From positions 27,719 to 91,718 of the forward strand of contig JBAXLH010000002.1 of assembly GCA_037134875.1 (NCBI GenBank): a stretch of DNA of 64,000 bases. Reading direction: 5' to 3'. This document shows, in pieces, positions 29,165 to 37,987 of this stretch; position 1 is the stretch's first letter, and each line of letters starts with the position of its first letter. The position numbers and the translations under genes were made by a program. The notes under the pieces were generated by a model, which saw only the letters and a list, made by a program, of their open reading frames with translations, did not search any database and was not told the origin of the DNA. Source of the DNA: a bacterium. GTDB lineage: Bacteria > Patescibacteriota > Minisyncoccia > Phycocordibacterales > DATDWN01.

Positions 29165-30319
29165 CTATTTCAGATATTTTTTCTTTTTCAACTTTTCGGG
29201 CAGATAACTTTCCTCGGTATACATTTCGTAGCCTTTGCTATAATCCAAATCTTTCATCAGCTTGGTGGGTGCGTTACGAATCTGGAGTGGCACGGGTAGG
29301 TTGCCGTACTTTTTGACGTCCGCCATTGCGAGGAGATATGCGTCGTATGCCGAACGATCTTTTTTGGCTTGCGAAAGGTATACGACTCCGTGCGCCAAAT
29401 TTTCCGCGCACTCTGGTAGGCCGATCGTCTCCACAGCACGGAACACGGCGTTTGCCACGACGAGTGCAGTCGGCTGAGCCAGACCAATGTCCTCGCTCGC
29501 AAACACCACCATTCTGCGAGCAATAAATTTTGGGTCTTCACCAGCCTCAATCATTCGACACATATAATACAGTGCGGCATCCGGCTGACTCGCACGCATA
29601 CTTTTTATAAACGCCGAAATGGTGTTGTAGTGCTCCTCGCCTGCTTTGTCGTATCGAATAAATTTTGATTGAATCGCCTGCTTCAGATTGTCTACAGAAA
29701 TTGTGCCGTACAGATTGAGCGTCGCTTCGATGACTGAGATCGCTTGCCGAGCATCACCATTTGCCATCGCCACCAGCCAGTCGCGCGACTCCTTGTCGAT
29801 TTTTATCTTTGCTTCTTTTTTCGTTCGGTCAATAATCGTCGCCATTTCCTCCGGAGAAAATTCGTTGAGCACAAAGACTCTGCATCGCGAGAGGAGTGGC
29901 GAGATGACTTCAAAGCTCGGATTCTCTGTCGTCGCACCAATGAGTGTCAGCTCGCCCGACTCGACATACGGCAAGAGAAAGTCTTGCTGAGATTTGTTAA
30001 AGCGATGAATTTCGTCGAGAAATAATATTTTTGGTTTTTTGTTTTCGGTCGGATTTTTTGCAGCCGAGTCAATTATTTTTCTGATATCATCCTTGCCCGC
30101 CGATACAGCCGAGAGTTCGTAAAAATCTGCGTCGAGCGAGTGCGCGTACATACGTGCGAGTGTAGTTTTGCCAACGCCCGGTGGCCCCCAGAAAATAAAC
30201 GAAAACAGGTGTCGCTTTTCAATAGCAACACGCAGAGGCTTTCCCTCGCCCACGAGATGGTTTTGGCCGACAAAATCATCGAGGGTCAATGGTCTGATTT
30301 TTGAAGCGAGCGGTTCCAT
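29165..30319 (-). CDS. rarA: replication-associated recombination protein A
   Basis: GPPGVGKT, DEIHRF, GATTENP, SAFIKSMR, ASEDIG. Confidence 0.96.
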   Translation of the reverse strand: MEPLASKIRPLTLDDFVGQNHLVGEGKPLRVAIEKRHLFSFIFWGPPGVGKTTLARMYAHSLDADFYELSAVSAGKDDIRKIIDSAAKNPTENKKPKILFLDEIHRFNKSQQDFLLPYVESGELTLIGATTENPSFEVISPLLSRCRVFVLNEFSPEEMATIIDRTKKEAKIKIDKESRDWLVAMANGDARQAISVIEATLNLYGTISVDNLKQAIQSKFIRYDKAGEEHYNTISAFIKSMRASQPDAALYYMCRMIEAGEDPKFIARRMVVFASEDIGLAQPTALVVANAVFRAVETIGLPECAENLAHGVVYLSQAKKDRSAYDAYLLAMADVKKYGNLPVPLQIRNAPTKLMKDLDYSKGYEMYTEESYLPEKLKKKKYLK

Positions 30320-30364
30320 ACCGGTATTGTACTCCTTTTATACCAGAGTGCCATTATGGGTTGA

Positions 30365-30874
30365 TTATATATTTCGAGCGTCGTATGCCCAGTGCAAGAG
30401 AGCCTGACGTTGTCGCGGTCGACAGTATGTGTCTCCGACCCGACAATGTTTTGCGATTTGAGCAATGTGCCGACGCATTTTAGACCAGCGATTGATTTGC
30501 CTTTCATCCTCATCTGGAATTCTCCTGCCTGCATAATACCGACAATACCACTGAAACCATCCTCGTGGATCATCGGCATATATCCAGCCATTGCGTCTCC
30601 AAACAGAAAGAGATTGACTCGCGTTCACCTTAAAAAAATTTAGATTTTTGTCGCGCTTGTTGGGCGCAAATTTTACTTTGACAAACCACTGTTTCGGAAA
30701 CTCGTTTGTACAATCACGCATATACACTCCACCAAATACACCGAGCTGGAGCATTTGTTTTGGAGTGAGATCTGGTTTAAATCGCGCATCAAAATTTTTA
30801 CCTTCTGGTTCGGAAAGTTTGTATCTATAATTTTTCTGCATTTTGTCATGTACGATGACAATGTTCTCTTTCAT
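30365..30874 (-). CDS. conserved hypothetical protein (DPRGWFQWYCRYY family)
   Basis: LTPKQML..GVFGG..DPRGWFQWYCRYY..RQALLHWAYD. Confidence 0.75.
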   Translation of the reverse strand: MKENIVIVHDKMQKNYRYKLSEPEGKNFDARFKPDLTPKQMLQLGVFGGVYMRDCTNEFPKQWFVKVKFAPNKRDKNLNFFKVNASQSLSVWRRNGWIYADDPRGWFQWYCRYYAGRRIPDEDERQINRWSKMRRHIAQIAKHCRVGDTYCRPRQRQALLHWAYDARNI

Positions 30875-30878
30875 ATAC

Positions 30879-31223
30879 TTATTTTGAATCTGAATTTTTG
30901 AACATACCAAAAAATGCAGTGATGAGCGAGAGAGCTATCGCAAACCAAAACGCCGACCAAAAACCAGAAATATAAAATCCGGGAACGATCCGCGCAGCAA
31001 TCACAACAAACAGCGCGTTGACAAACAGAGACGAAATACCAAGTGTGAGAACCGTAATCGGGAGTGTAATAAATTTGACGATGGGTTTAATAAACAAGTT
31101 GATAATTCCGAGCACGACCGCGAGCAGGAACGCTCCGGCAAGCGTGACGGTCGTCCCAGCGACAAGATATGATGCAATAAAAATCGCAAGCATTGATACA
31201 AGAAGATGTGATATGAGTTTCAT
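30879..31223 (-). CDS. 4-TM phage-holin family (YvlD-like) membrane protein
   Basis: LGIINLFIKPI..LPITVLTLG..VPGF. Confidence 0.88.
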   Translation of the reverse strand: MKLISHLLVSMLAIFIASYLVAGTTVTLAGAFLLAVVLGIINLFIKPIVKFITLPITVLTLGISSLFVNALFVVIAARIVPGFYISGFWSAFWFAIALSLITAFFGMFKNSDSK

Positions 31224-31301
31224 ATCTTCAATTATGATACAAAAGAGCAAAATTTTCAAATAAAAAACCCGGCCAGTTGGCCGAGCATACAAATAAACTT
31301 T

Positions 31302-32093
31302 TTATCTTGTTTTATTAAACTTTACAAACGCGTTCGCGAGATAGCGTCGTGCTTTCTCGACAACGAATTTGTCATTATTGTCGCGGAGTTTGCTCTCCAC
31401 ATCAATACTCATCATTGGATAACTCGAAATAAGTGGGCCAAGACTGAGAAGATCAAATTTGTCCGGACCGAGACCACCAGCAACTCCGAGAGAGAAACTG
31501 GGATGCGCCCATTTGATCGCTTGGAAAGTTTTCAAAACCAGATATGGATCAAAATCTCTTGCAAGACCACAGCTCGGATCAATAAGAACGTAGTCGACAA
31601 GCGACTTGTAATGACCGACCCACGAGGCAATCATCCCTGGCTCATTCATTACTTCTGCCATAGCGGGACTCCCCACTTGCAGAACAATTTTGAGCCCAGG
31701 ATAACGCACACGAATTGTTTCAAGAGCCAAAACCGATGGCCACGCAACATTGAATTGAATACCATGGAGATTTTTTCCTCCAATTTCCACCACCCGATTG
31801 ACCTGTTCGACAAACGAATTGGTCGTCGGATCAGTTGTGGAATAATGAATGAAATTTAAGACCTTTGAATCTTTGATGAAAATATCCTTGATCTTTTGGA
31901 CCTTTGGATATCTTTCCGGAAGTTTTTCCAGTCTACCATTCAGTGTCTCCAAACTTGCTAGCACACCCACCATCACCGAATGAGTATGACCTTCCGGGAT
32001 ATTGTCTTCAATACTGCCGATCACCTGACCTTGGTCAGTAAAACCTGTCATCCCAATATAGGGAGGATTTTGAACGAGAGGTTCTGGTACCAT
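31302..32093 (-). CDS. TIM-barrel protein, distant PRAI/TrpF-like
   Basis: IQFN, VLQ, YVLIDPSCG, GVAGGLGP, SIDVES. Confidence 0.65.
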   Translation of the reverse strand: MVPEPLVQNPPYIGMTGFTDQGQVIGSIEDNIPEGHTHSVMVGVLASLETLNGRLEKLPERYPKVQKIKDIFIKDSKVLNFIHYSTTDPTTNSFVEQVNRVVEIGGKNLHGIQFNVAWPSVLALETIRVRYPGLKIVLQVGSPAMAEVMNEPGMIASWVGHYKSLVDYVLIDPSCGLARDFDPYLVLKTFQAIKWAHPSFSLGVAGGLGPDKFDLLSLGPLISSYPMMSIDVESKLRDNNDKFVVEKARRYLANAFVKFNKTR

Positions 32094-32145
32094 ATTCCGC
32101 CTGTAATAGTGCTACATCCAAAAGAAAAAAGCAATTTTGAAAAAA

Positions 32146-33807
32146 TTATTCCAAGAAAAGTCGTGCGAGGCGGATTTTGAGATAGGTTGGTTTCTTTTTT
32201 TGTCTCTGCAAAATGTTGTAGACAGGTGCAAGCGTAATCGTGCCAGCTTTTTTGAATGCAGACAAAATATCATCGAGTTCACTGCGTTTGAATTCACGAC
32301 GCAAATATGAAAAGTCCGGGCACTTGTCCTCCTCCAAAAGTTTTTCGATATGTGAGACGATTGTTTCCGACTTGAGTCCCCTACTATCCGCAATTTTTTC
32401 GAGAGGCATTTCTTCACGGAGCATATCGGCAGTAATTTCCTCTGTACTTTTTTTCAACAGTTTTTCTTTCTTTTTGATTCTGACTTTTTCTTCCGGCTCG
32501 ATTGATTTCAAAAATTCGTTTTGCTTTTTTGTGATTTCATCTCGTGACATTTTTTCTAATTTTTCTCGGGCCTCATCCGACATTTCTTGAAACTCTCTGT
32601 CGTATTCCAACACCTCTGGATCTACTTCGAGTGCTGTCGTGTTCCAACCGATGAGTTTTATTCCACCGAGAGATCGCACACGCGAGAGTGCCACATATCC
32701 CATTCCGCGAACAAATGATTTTGAGAGATCGACTTCCATAGCGTCGAGGGACATTCCTTGACTTTTGTGCACCGTAATAGCCCAAGCCAGCCGGAGTGGA
32801 AACTGGGTGATTTCTGCTTTGACCGATCCCTCCTCCTCGATTTTCCACGACATTGGCGTGGCTGTGACTGTCCGACCATTTGCCAGACGTACGACCGGAC
32901 CATCATAGCTAAATTCCTGTATCACACCGAGTGAGCCATTTACAAACTGCCCTTCCGGATGATTTTTGGTAAACATTACTTTTGCTCCAACTTTCAAAAT
33001 GAGTTCTTCTGGCGAGAGACAACTTTTTTTGAGAGATTCCAAAATAAATTTGGAGCCTTTTGATTTCATTTGAAAAAATTTTGCATCACCGCTCACGAGG
33101 TCTAGGTGTCGCAAGTTAATAAAATCAACATCAATATTGTGTGTGTGAACTTTGGTCGGCTCTACCCCGGTGTCAGGATCTTGTCCGACACGACTGCGCA
33201 AAAGTTCCAGCGTTTTTTTGCTGACACTGTTTTGGCGGATCTCGTTTAAAATGGAAAGGTACGTGTTGTCTTTTTGTCTGTGCTGTTCCGAGAGATAGCA
33301 GACGGTGAGCTTGGCCTCTTGCCACGCTGTGGACTTGAACGCGTACTCAGACTCGGAAATTTCTCCGCGTGTGACCGGAGGTAATTGGAAAAAATCTCCA
33401 CAGAAAATAACTTGCAATCCGCCAAATGATTTTTCGTTGTGTTTAAATTGCCGACAAATCCACTCGATGAGGTCAAGCCGAAAATGATGGAGCATTGAGA
33501 CCTCGTCGATAATGAGCACTTTTGTTTTTTCAAAACGTTTGTAGAGATACGGTCTCTGCATCATATCGTCAATATCTCTGTCATCGATCATATCTCGCAC
33601 GCCGAGACCAGACCACGAGTGTATGGTCATTCCACCGATATGCGTCGCCGCAATACCTGTCGATGCTGTCACAGCCACATCAATTGCATTTGATTTCAAA
33701 TATTTTATATATTCATTTAACACATATGTCTTGCCACTTCCCGCTGGGCCAGTCAAAAAAACATTTTTGCCAAGTTTCAAAATATCAAGAGCTTCCTTTT
33801 GAGTCAT
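32146..33807 (-). CDS. PIF1-family helicase with C-terminal HTH
   Basis: TGPAGSGKT, IDEVSM, GDFFQLPP, LAWAITVHKSQG, YVALSR. Confidence 0.93.
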   Translation of the reverse strand: MTQKEALDILKLGKNVFLTGPAGSGKTYVLNEYIKYLKSNAIDVAVTASTGIAATHIGGMTIHSWSGLGVRDMIDDRDIDDMMQRPYLYKRFEKTKVLIIDEVSMLHHFRLDLIEWICRQFKHNEKSFGGLQVIFCGDFFQLPPVTRGEISESEYAFKSTAWQEAKLTVCYLSEQHRQKDNTYLSILNEIRQNSVSKKTLELLRSRVGQDPDTGVEPTKVHTHNIDVDFINLRHLDLVSGDAKFFQMKSKGSKFILESLKKSCLSPEELILKVGAKVMFTKNHPEGQFVNGSLGVIQEFSYDGPVVRLANGRTVTATPMSWKIEEEGSVKAEITQFPLRLAWAITVHKSQGMSLDAMEVDLSKSFVRGMGYVALSRVRSLGGIKLIGWNTTALEVDPEVLEYDREFQEMSDEAREKLEKMSRDEITKKQNEFLKSIEPEEKVRIKKKEKLLKKSTEEITADMLREEMPLEKIADSRGLKSETIVSHIEKLLEEDKCPDFSYLRREFKRSELDDILSAFKKAGTITLAPVYNILQRQKKKPTYLKIRLARLFLE

Positions 33808-33882
33808 TGATACATTGTATCAGTAACAGACACTTGTGGACAAATATTTTATACGTGGTAGAATAAAAATTGGAGGTTCACC

Positions 33883-34221
33883 ATGTTCAGCGAAGTCAAA
33901 AAGGAAAGCTCTGTGATAACCAGAGCACGTGTGTACATCGCTAATATTGTGATGAGCGTCGCAATTTTGGACGCACTCATTCATACAATAAAAGAAGAGA
34001 GATTTTTTGGATCTTCCCTCTTTGTTATCGCGGGAAGTCTGCTATATATGGCATGGCTCGTCAAAACTTTTGACGCCATCTATGAAGCATTTGTGAATAT
34101 GAATCCGCTCGCTCGACGACGCGAACTCTGTGCCATCTGTGCACTCGGACTCATTATTATTATGATTTTTATTTTCAAGCACCAGCCAATCGTCGGCGAG
34201 GTGTTTTTCTTTTGTTTGTAA
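33883..34221 (+). CDS. hypothetical membrane protein
   Basis: GGAGG RBS, three hydrophobic segments. Confidence 0.65.
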   Translation: MFSEVKKESSVITRARVYIANIVMSVAILDALIHTIKEERFFGSSLFVIAGSLLYMAWLVKTFDAIYEAFVNMNPLARRRELCAICALGLIIIMIFIFKHQPIVGEVFFFCL

Positions 34222-34241
34222 ATATTGACAAATATAAATAA

Positions 34242-34550
34242 TTGAGTATATTTTATTTCGGAATGATCTCGAAAGAAGAAGCCTTGAAAATCAGAGACGG
34301 GAGACGTAGATTTCTCGTCAATGAATATGTTGATAAACTGGAAGAAGTCGTGGATGTAATTATTAGGAATCGTTTTGGCCTTGTAGCCAATCAAAGGGAG
34401 ATTGATATGGTTCCTGATGCAGGACTCAATTTTCCGGATGAGGATATGATAGCTGAATTCCAGAGCAGATATCCTGAGTGGAAAATTATTTTTGAGCCTT
34501 TTCCTGGCAATAATGGGAAAGATATGAAAATCACGATGATCCTGAAATAA
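34242..34550 (+). CDS. hypothetical protein
   Basis: ~100-aa ORF, start uncertain. Confidence 0.55.
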   Translation: MSIFYFGMISKEEALKIRDGRRRFLVNEYVDKLEEVVDVIIRNRFGLVANQREIDMVPDAGLNFPDEDMIAEFQSRYPEWKIIFEPFPGNNGKDMKITMILK

Positions 34551-34591
34551 TAGACCGGCCTGACAACTGTGGTTGTCTGGGTCGGATTTTT

Positions 34592-35335
34592 TTATGCCTG
34601 AATTCGTTTGAAAAATTCGGCGCCAATATAAAGACAGACAAATGCAATGAAGGCTAGGATGAGCGCGTCGAGACCAAACGAGAAAATATGTTGACCAATG
34701 AGTGCTCCGCGAATACCGTCGATAGCATACGTCAGCGGATTTGCATGAACAATAATATTAAATAGACTTGGCAGACCGACTATTGGGAACAGCGCACCAG
34801 AGAGAAAGAAAAGTGGCATTACAAGAAAGTTTATAATGAGCGGAAAGCTTTGCATATCATCGAGCTTGGAGGCAATCATTGTACCAAACGCCGTAAAGAA
34901 AAGTGCAAGAAGAAACATAAAAACAATAGCAAGTGGAATTCCAGCGAGCAAAGGTTTGAATCCTGCTAGTAATGTAATGAGGAGGACAATAATTCCCTGA
35001 ATAAATGCAACCGTCGTACCACCAAGTGTACGTCCGAGCATAATATTGAAACGCGAAACAGGCGCGACAAGAGTCTCTTTCAAAAAACCAAACTGTTTGT
35101 CCCAAATAATTTCAATACCAGAAAAAACTGCCGTGAACATAACAGTCATTGCAATAATTCCGGGAGCCAAAAATTGGATGTAACTTCCCTCACCCGCTTT
35201 TGCAAATGTAGAACCAAATCCAAATCCGAACGCAAAGAGAAACAAAAGTGGCTGCGCCAAAGAAGCAAACATACGTTGTTTTGATCTTGAATATCTTTTG
35301 AGTTGTCTAAGCCACAAAATGTAAATTGTTTTCAT
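34592..35335 (-). CDS. ABC-2 type exporter permease
   Basis: YIQFLAPG, LKETLVAP, FLSGALFP, NPLTY. Confidence 0.93.
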   Translation of the reverse strand: MKTIYILWLRQLKRYSRSKQRMFASLAQPLLFLFAFGFGFGSTFAKAGEGSYIQFLAPGIIAMTVMFTAVFSGIEIIWDKQFGFLKETLVAPVSRFNIMLGRTLGGTTVAFIQGIIVLLITLLAGFKPLLAGIPLAIVFMFLLALFFTAFGTMIASKLDDMQSFPLIINFLVMPLFFLSGALFPIVGLPSLFNIIVHANPLTYAIDGIRGALIGQHIFSFGLDALILAFIAFVCLYIGAEFFKRIQA

Positions 35336-35351
35336 ATAATTTGAATTATGA

Positions 35352-35522
35352 GAGGTAAAGATGAAAGAAATGTTTTTCTGGAGCATCCACAGGCCGTGAG
35401 CATGGTCTTGTCAACGACCCGAGCACAGCGAGGGCTCTTGACAAGTCACGGCCGAGGACCGAATGAGCTTTTCGCCGGAAAAGCGAATGTCTCCTGAAAA
35501 ATATTTCTTTCATCTTTACCTC
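35352..35522. repeat. 171-bp palindromic element between the ABC ATPase and permease genes
   Basis: 27-bp arms gaggtaaagatgaaagaaatRtttttc; internal stems ggccgtga/tcacggcc and cttgtcaa/ttgacaag. Confidence 0.85.
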
Positions 35523-36304
35523 CCCCACATTCTATTTGTTAATCTCTTATTATCCAACCCGACTGATTCCTCTCTGATCTGTTTACCAGTGAGTGTCAAA
35601 AACGCGTCCTCGAGTGTTGCTGATTTTGTTTGTTCTTTGAGCTCGGCTGATGTACCAGATGCAATAATAACACCTTGGTCGATGATTGATACTCTATCAG
35701 CATTTTTGTCCGCCTCCTCCATATAATGCGTCGTAAAGAAAACAGTCAGACCTTCTTTCTGATTTAATTTTTTCACATAGTCCCACATATGATTTCGCGT
35801 CTGAGGATCGAGACCGAGTGTTGGCTCGTCGAGAAACAACACTTTTGGATGATGCAAAAGTCCACGCGCAATTTCAAGACGACGCTTCATTCCGCCGGAA
35901 AAATTTTTGGTCAAATCATCTTTCCTATCCCACAAATCAACAAGTTCCAAAAGTTCTTGGATACGAGGTTTGTACACTGATCTCGGAACATCATACATCA
36001 CGGCGTGGAGTTCCATATTTTCGTATGCAGTCATTTCTGTGTCTATGGACGGGTCTTGAAACACAATACCAAAAGATCGACGAGTTTCGTCAGGTTGTTT
36101 TGTCACATCAAAGCTGTTGAGATGAATTGAACCCGATGTCGGATCAAGAAGTGTTGTCAGCATTTTTATGCTTGTTGTTTTTCCGGCACCGTTTGGCCCA
36201 AGAAAAGCAAAAATTTCGCCTGGAGCAACAGAAAAACTAATATCTTTCACGGCGACAAAATCTCCAAACTTTTTTGTGACATTTTTTACTTCAATAATAT
36301 TCAT
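35516..36304 (-). CDS. ABC exporter ATP-binding protein (DrrA-like)
   Basis: GPNGAGKT, FSGGMKRR, LDEPT, TTHY. Confidence 0.95.
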   Translation of the reverse strand: MNIIEVKNVTKKFGDFVAVKDISFSVAPGEIFAFLGPNGAGKTTSIKMLTTLLDPTSGSIHLNSFDVTKQPDETRRSFGIVFQDPSIDTEMTAYENMELHAVMYDVPRSVYKPRIQELLELVDLWDRKDDLTKNFSGGMKRRLEIARGLLHHPKVLFLDEPTLGLDPQTRNHMWDYVKKLNQKEGLTVFFTTHYMEEADKNADRVSIIDQGVIIASGTSAELKEQTKSATLEDAFLTLTGKQIREESVGLDNKRLTNRMWGR

Positions 36305-36342
36305 AGTCTGTAGTATACTATGACGCTGGACAAAATGGTATA

Positions 36343-37008
36343 TTACTTCAACTTTGTTTTTTGTTTTTCCTTCCACTCTTCTATTTTTTTGCGATCGCCA
36401 GAGAGTAGTACCTTTGGTACGCGATATTTTTTGCCTTTGTATTCCAAAATTTCTGGACGAGTGTACACATCTGGACTAGCTGTGCGAGATTCCTCGAGTG
36501 AATCAAAATTACCGAGCACACCCTCAACTTGGCGAGAAACACAATCAATCAAAATTTCTGCTGGAAGCTCCCCGCCTGTCAGTACAAAAGGACCAACAGA
36601 AATTTCTTCCATTTTAAATATTTTTTTGACTCGTGCATCAATCCCCTCATATCTTCCAGAAACCAAAATAATGTCAGTGTATTTTTTTGCCATCTTTTTT
36701 GCATAGTCAGTATCAAACTGTTTTCCGCTTGGTGAAAAGAAAATTATTTTGAGCTTTGCATTCTTTTTCTTTTTTATATTTGAAAGTGCTTTGTCTATTG
36801 CTCGTGCCACAGGCTCCGCCTGAATGACCATTCCCGGACCGCCAGAGTACGGCTTTTGGTCAATATGTTTGAATTTATTGTCAGAAAAATCTCGTGGATT
36901 GTAAAACTTCACTTTAATTTTCTTGTCCTCTATCGCCCGCGCCAAAATAGACTCGCTGAGATAGGAGTCAAACGACGGTGGAAACAAGGTTATAATATGA
37001 AAATTCAT
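36343..37008 (-). CDS. trmD: tRNA (guanine37-N1)-methyltransferase
   Basis: ITLFP, GGPGMV, GRYEGIDAR, VLTGGE, YTRP. Confidence 0.97.
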   Translation of the reverse strand: MNFHIITLFPPSFDSYLSESILARAIEDKKIKVKFYNPRDFSDNKFKHIDQKPYSGGPGMVIQAEPVARAIDKALSNIKKKKNAKLKIIFFSPSGKQFDTDYAKKMAKKYTDIILVSGRYEGIDARVKKIFKMEEISVGPFVLTGGELPAEILIDCVSRQVEGVLGNFDSLEESRTASPDVYTRPEILEYKGKKYRVPKVLLSGDRKKIEEWKEKQKTKLK

Positions 37009-37062
37009 AATAATATAATACAATACTTTCTGTATTTAATCAAATACCCACTAAACCCCTAA

Positions 37063-37181
37063 AACTTTCATAATTTGGATGAGATCCGACGTTGAGAAAT
37101 AAAAAATACTCGGAGACGTACAATGGTACGTTGACGAGTATTTTTTGTTTCGAAACTAGGAGATCGCCAAATTTGAAAGTT
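37063..37181. repeat. ~120-bp palindromic element at the khpA stop codon
   Basis: aactttca..aatttgg / ccaaattt-gaaagtt and gaaataaaaaatactcg / cgagtattttttgtttc arms. Confidence 0.8.
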
Positions 37182-37503
37182 ATAGTTTGAGATCCGCCAT
37201 TGCCTCGTCAACTGTTTTCGATGCAGAGGATGCAGCTGGCATTCTCTCCTTCATTCCCCCTGCTGGCTCGTTGATCTTTAGGTTTACACGAGCATTGTTT
37301 TTCATTCCAACAACTCGGAGGAGTGTTCGGATAGCCTTTGCGGTGTTACCCTCGCGACCTATGATTTTTCCCATATCGTTTTGGTTCACATCGAGAGTCA
37401 TAAGCACTCCCATCTCATCTACAGTTCGAGTTATTTTTACGTCCTGTGGATTTTCTACTAATGCCTTAATTACGAAATCCAAAAATTGTTCGTCTTGATT
37501 CAT
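37180..37503 (-). CDS. khpA: KH-domain RNA-binding protein
   Basis: DMGKIIGREGNTAKAIRTLL; rpsP-khpA-trmD gene order. Confidence 0.92.
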   Translation of the reverse strand: MNQDEQFLDFVIKALVENPQDVKITRTVDEMGVLMTLDVNQNDMGKIIGREGNTAKAIRTLLRVVGMKNNARVNLKINEPAGGMKERMPAASSASKTVDEAMADLKL

Positions 37504-37559
37504 GAATTCTATCTTAATGATAATTGCCTAACCCTATAATTATAATTGGAGAAGTGGTT

Positions 37560-37940
37560 TTATGCAACCGGAGTTTCTTCTGCTGGAGCAGGTGCTGGCT
37601 CTACTGCAGGAGCGGGAGCTTTTGCCTCTATTTTTGCCTCTTCGGCTGGTTTTTCTGCAACAATAGCTTTTTTGAGAGGAAGAACGTTTATTTTCTTGCC
37701 TTCAATAATTTTCTTGGAAATTAAAAGGTTGTGGACTGTGCCAGAAGCCTGTGCTCCTTGAGACATCCAATAATTTATTCTGTCCGCCTTCAAAACAGCC
37801 TTGTCTCCACGTCTAGAATCATAGTTGCCCAAAATCTCAAGAGACTTTCCACTCTTTGTTGAGTTTTTTGAGTCAGTAACAACCAGTCTAAAAGACGGCT
37901 CGTGCTTTCTTCCTACTCTCTGTAATCGTATTTTTAACAT
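37560..37940 (-). CDS. rpsP: 30S ribosomal protein S16
   Basis: MLKIRLQRVGRKHEPSFRLVV..GAQAS. Confidence 0.96.
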   Translation of the reverse strand: MLKIRLQRVGRKHEPSFRLVVTDSKNSTKSGKSLEILGNYDSRRGDKAVLKADRINYWMSQGAQASGTVHNLLISKKIIEGKKINVLPLKKAIVAEKPAEEAKIEAKAPAPAVEPAPAPAEETPVA

Positions 37941-37987
37941 AGCCCGTATCATAACAAAATTAGTAAAAATGGTCAAATAATGATAAA

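Noticed and set aside
30879-31223. Holin as a sign of a prophage
   Set aside because: YvlD-like membrane proteins are common chromosomal genes and no lysin or phage genes are adjacent
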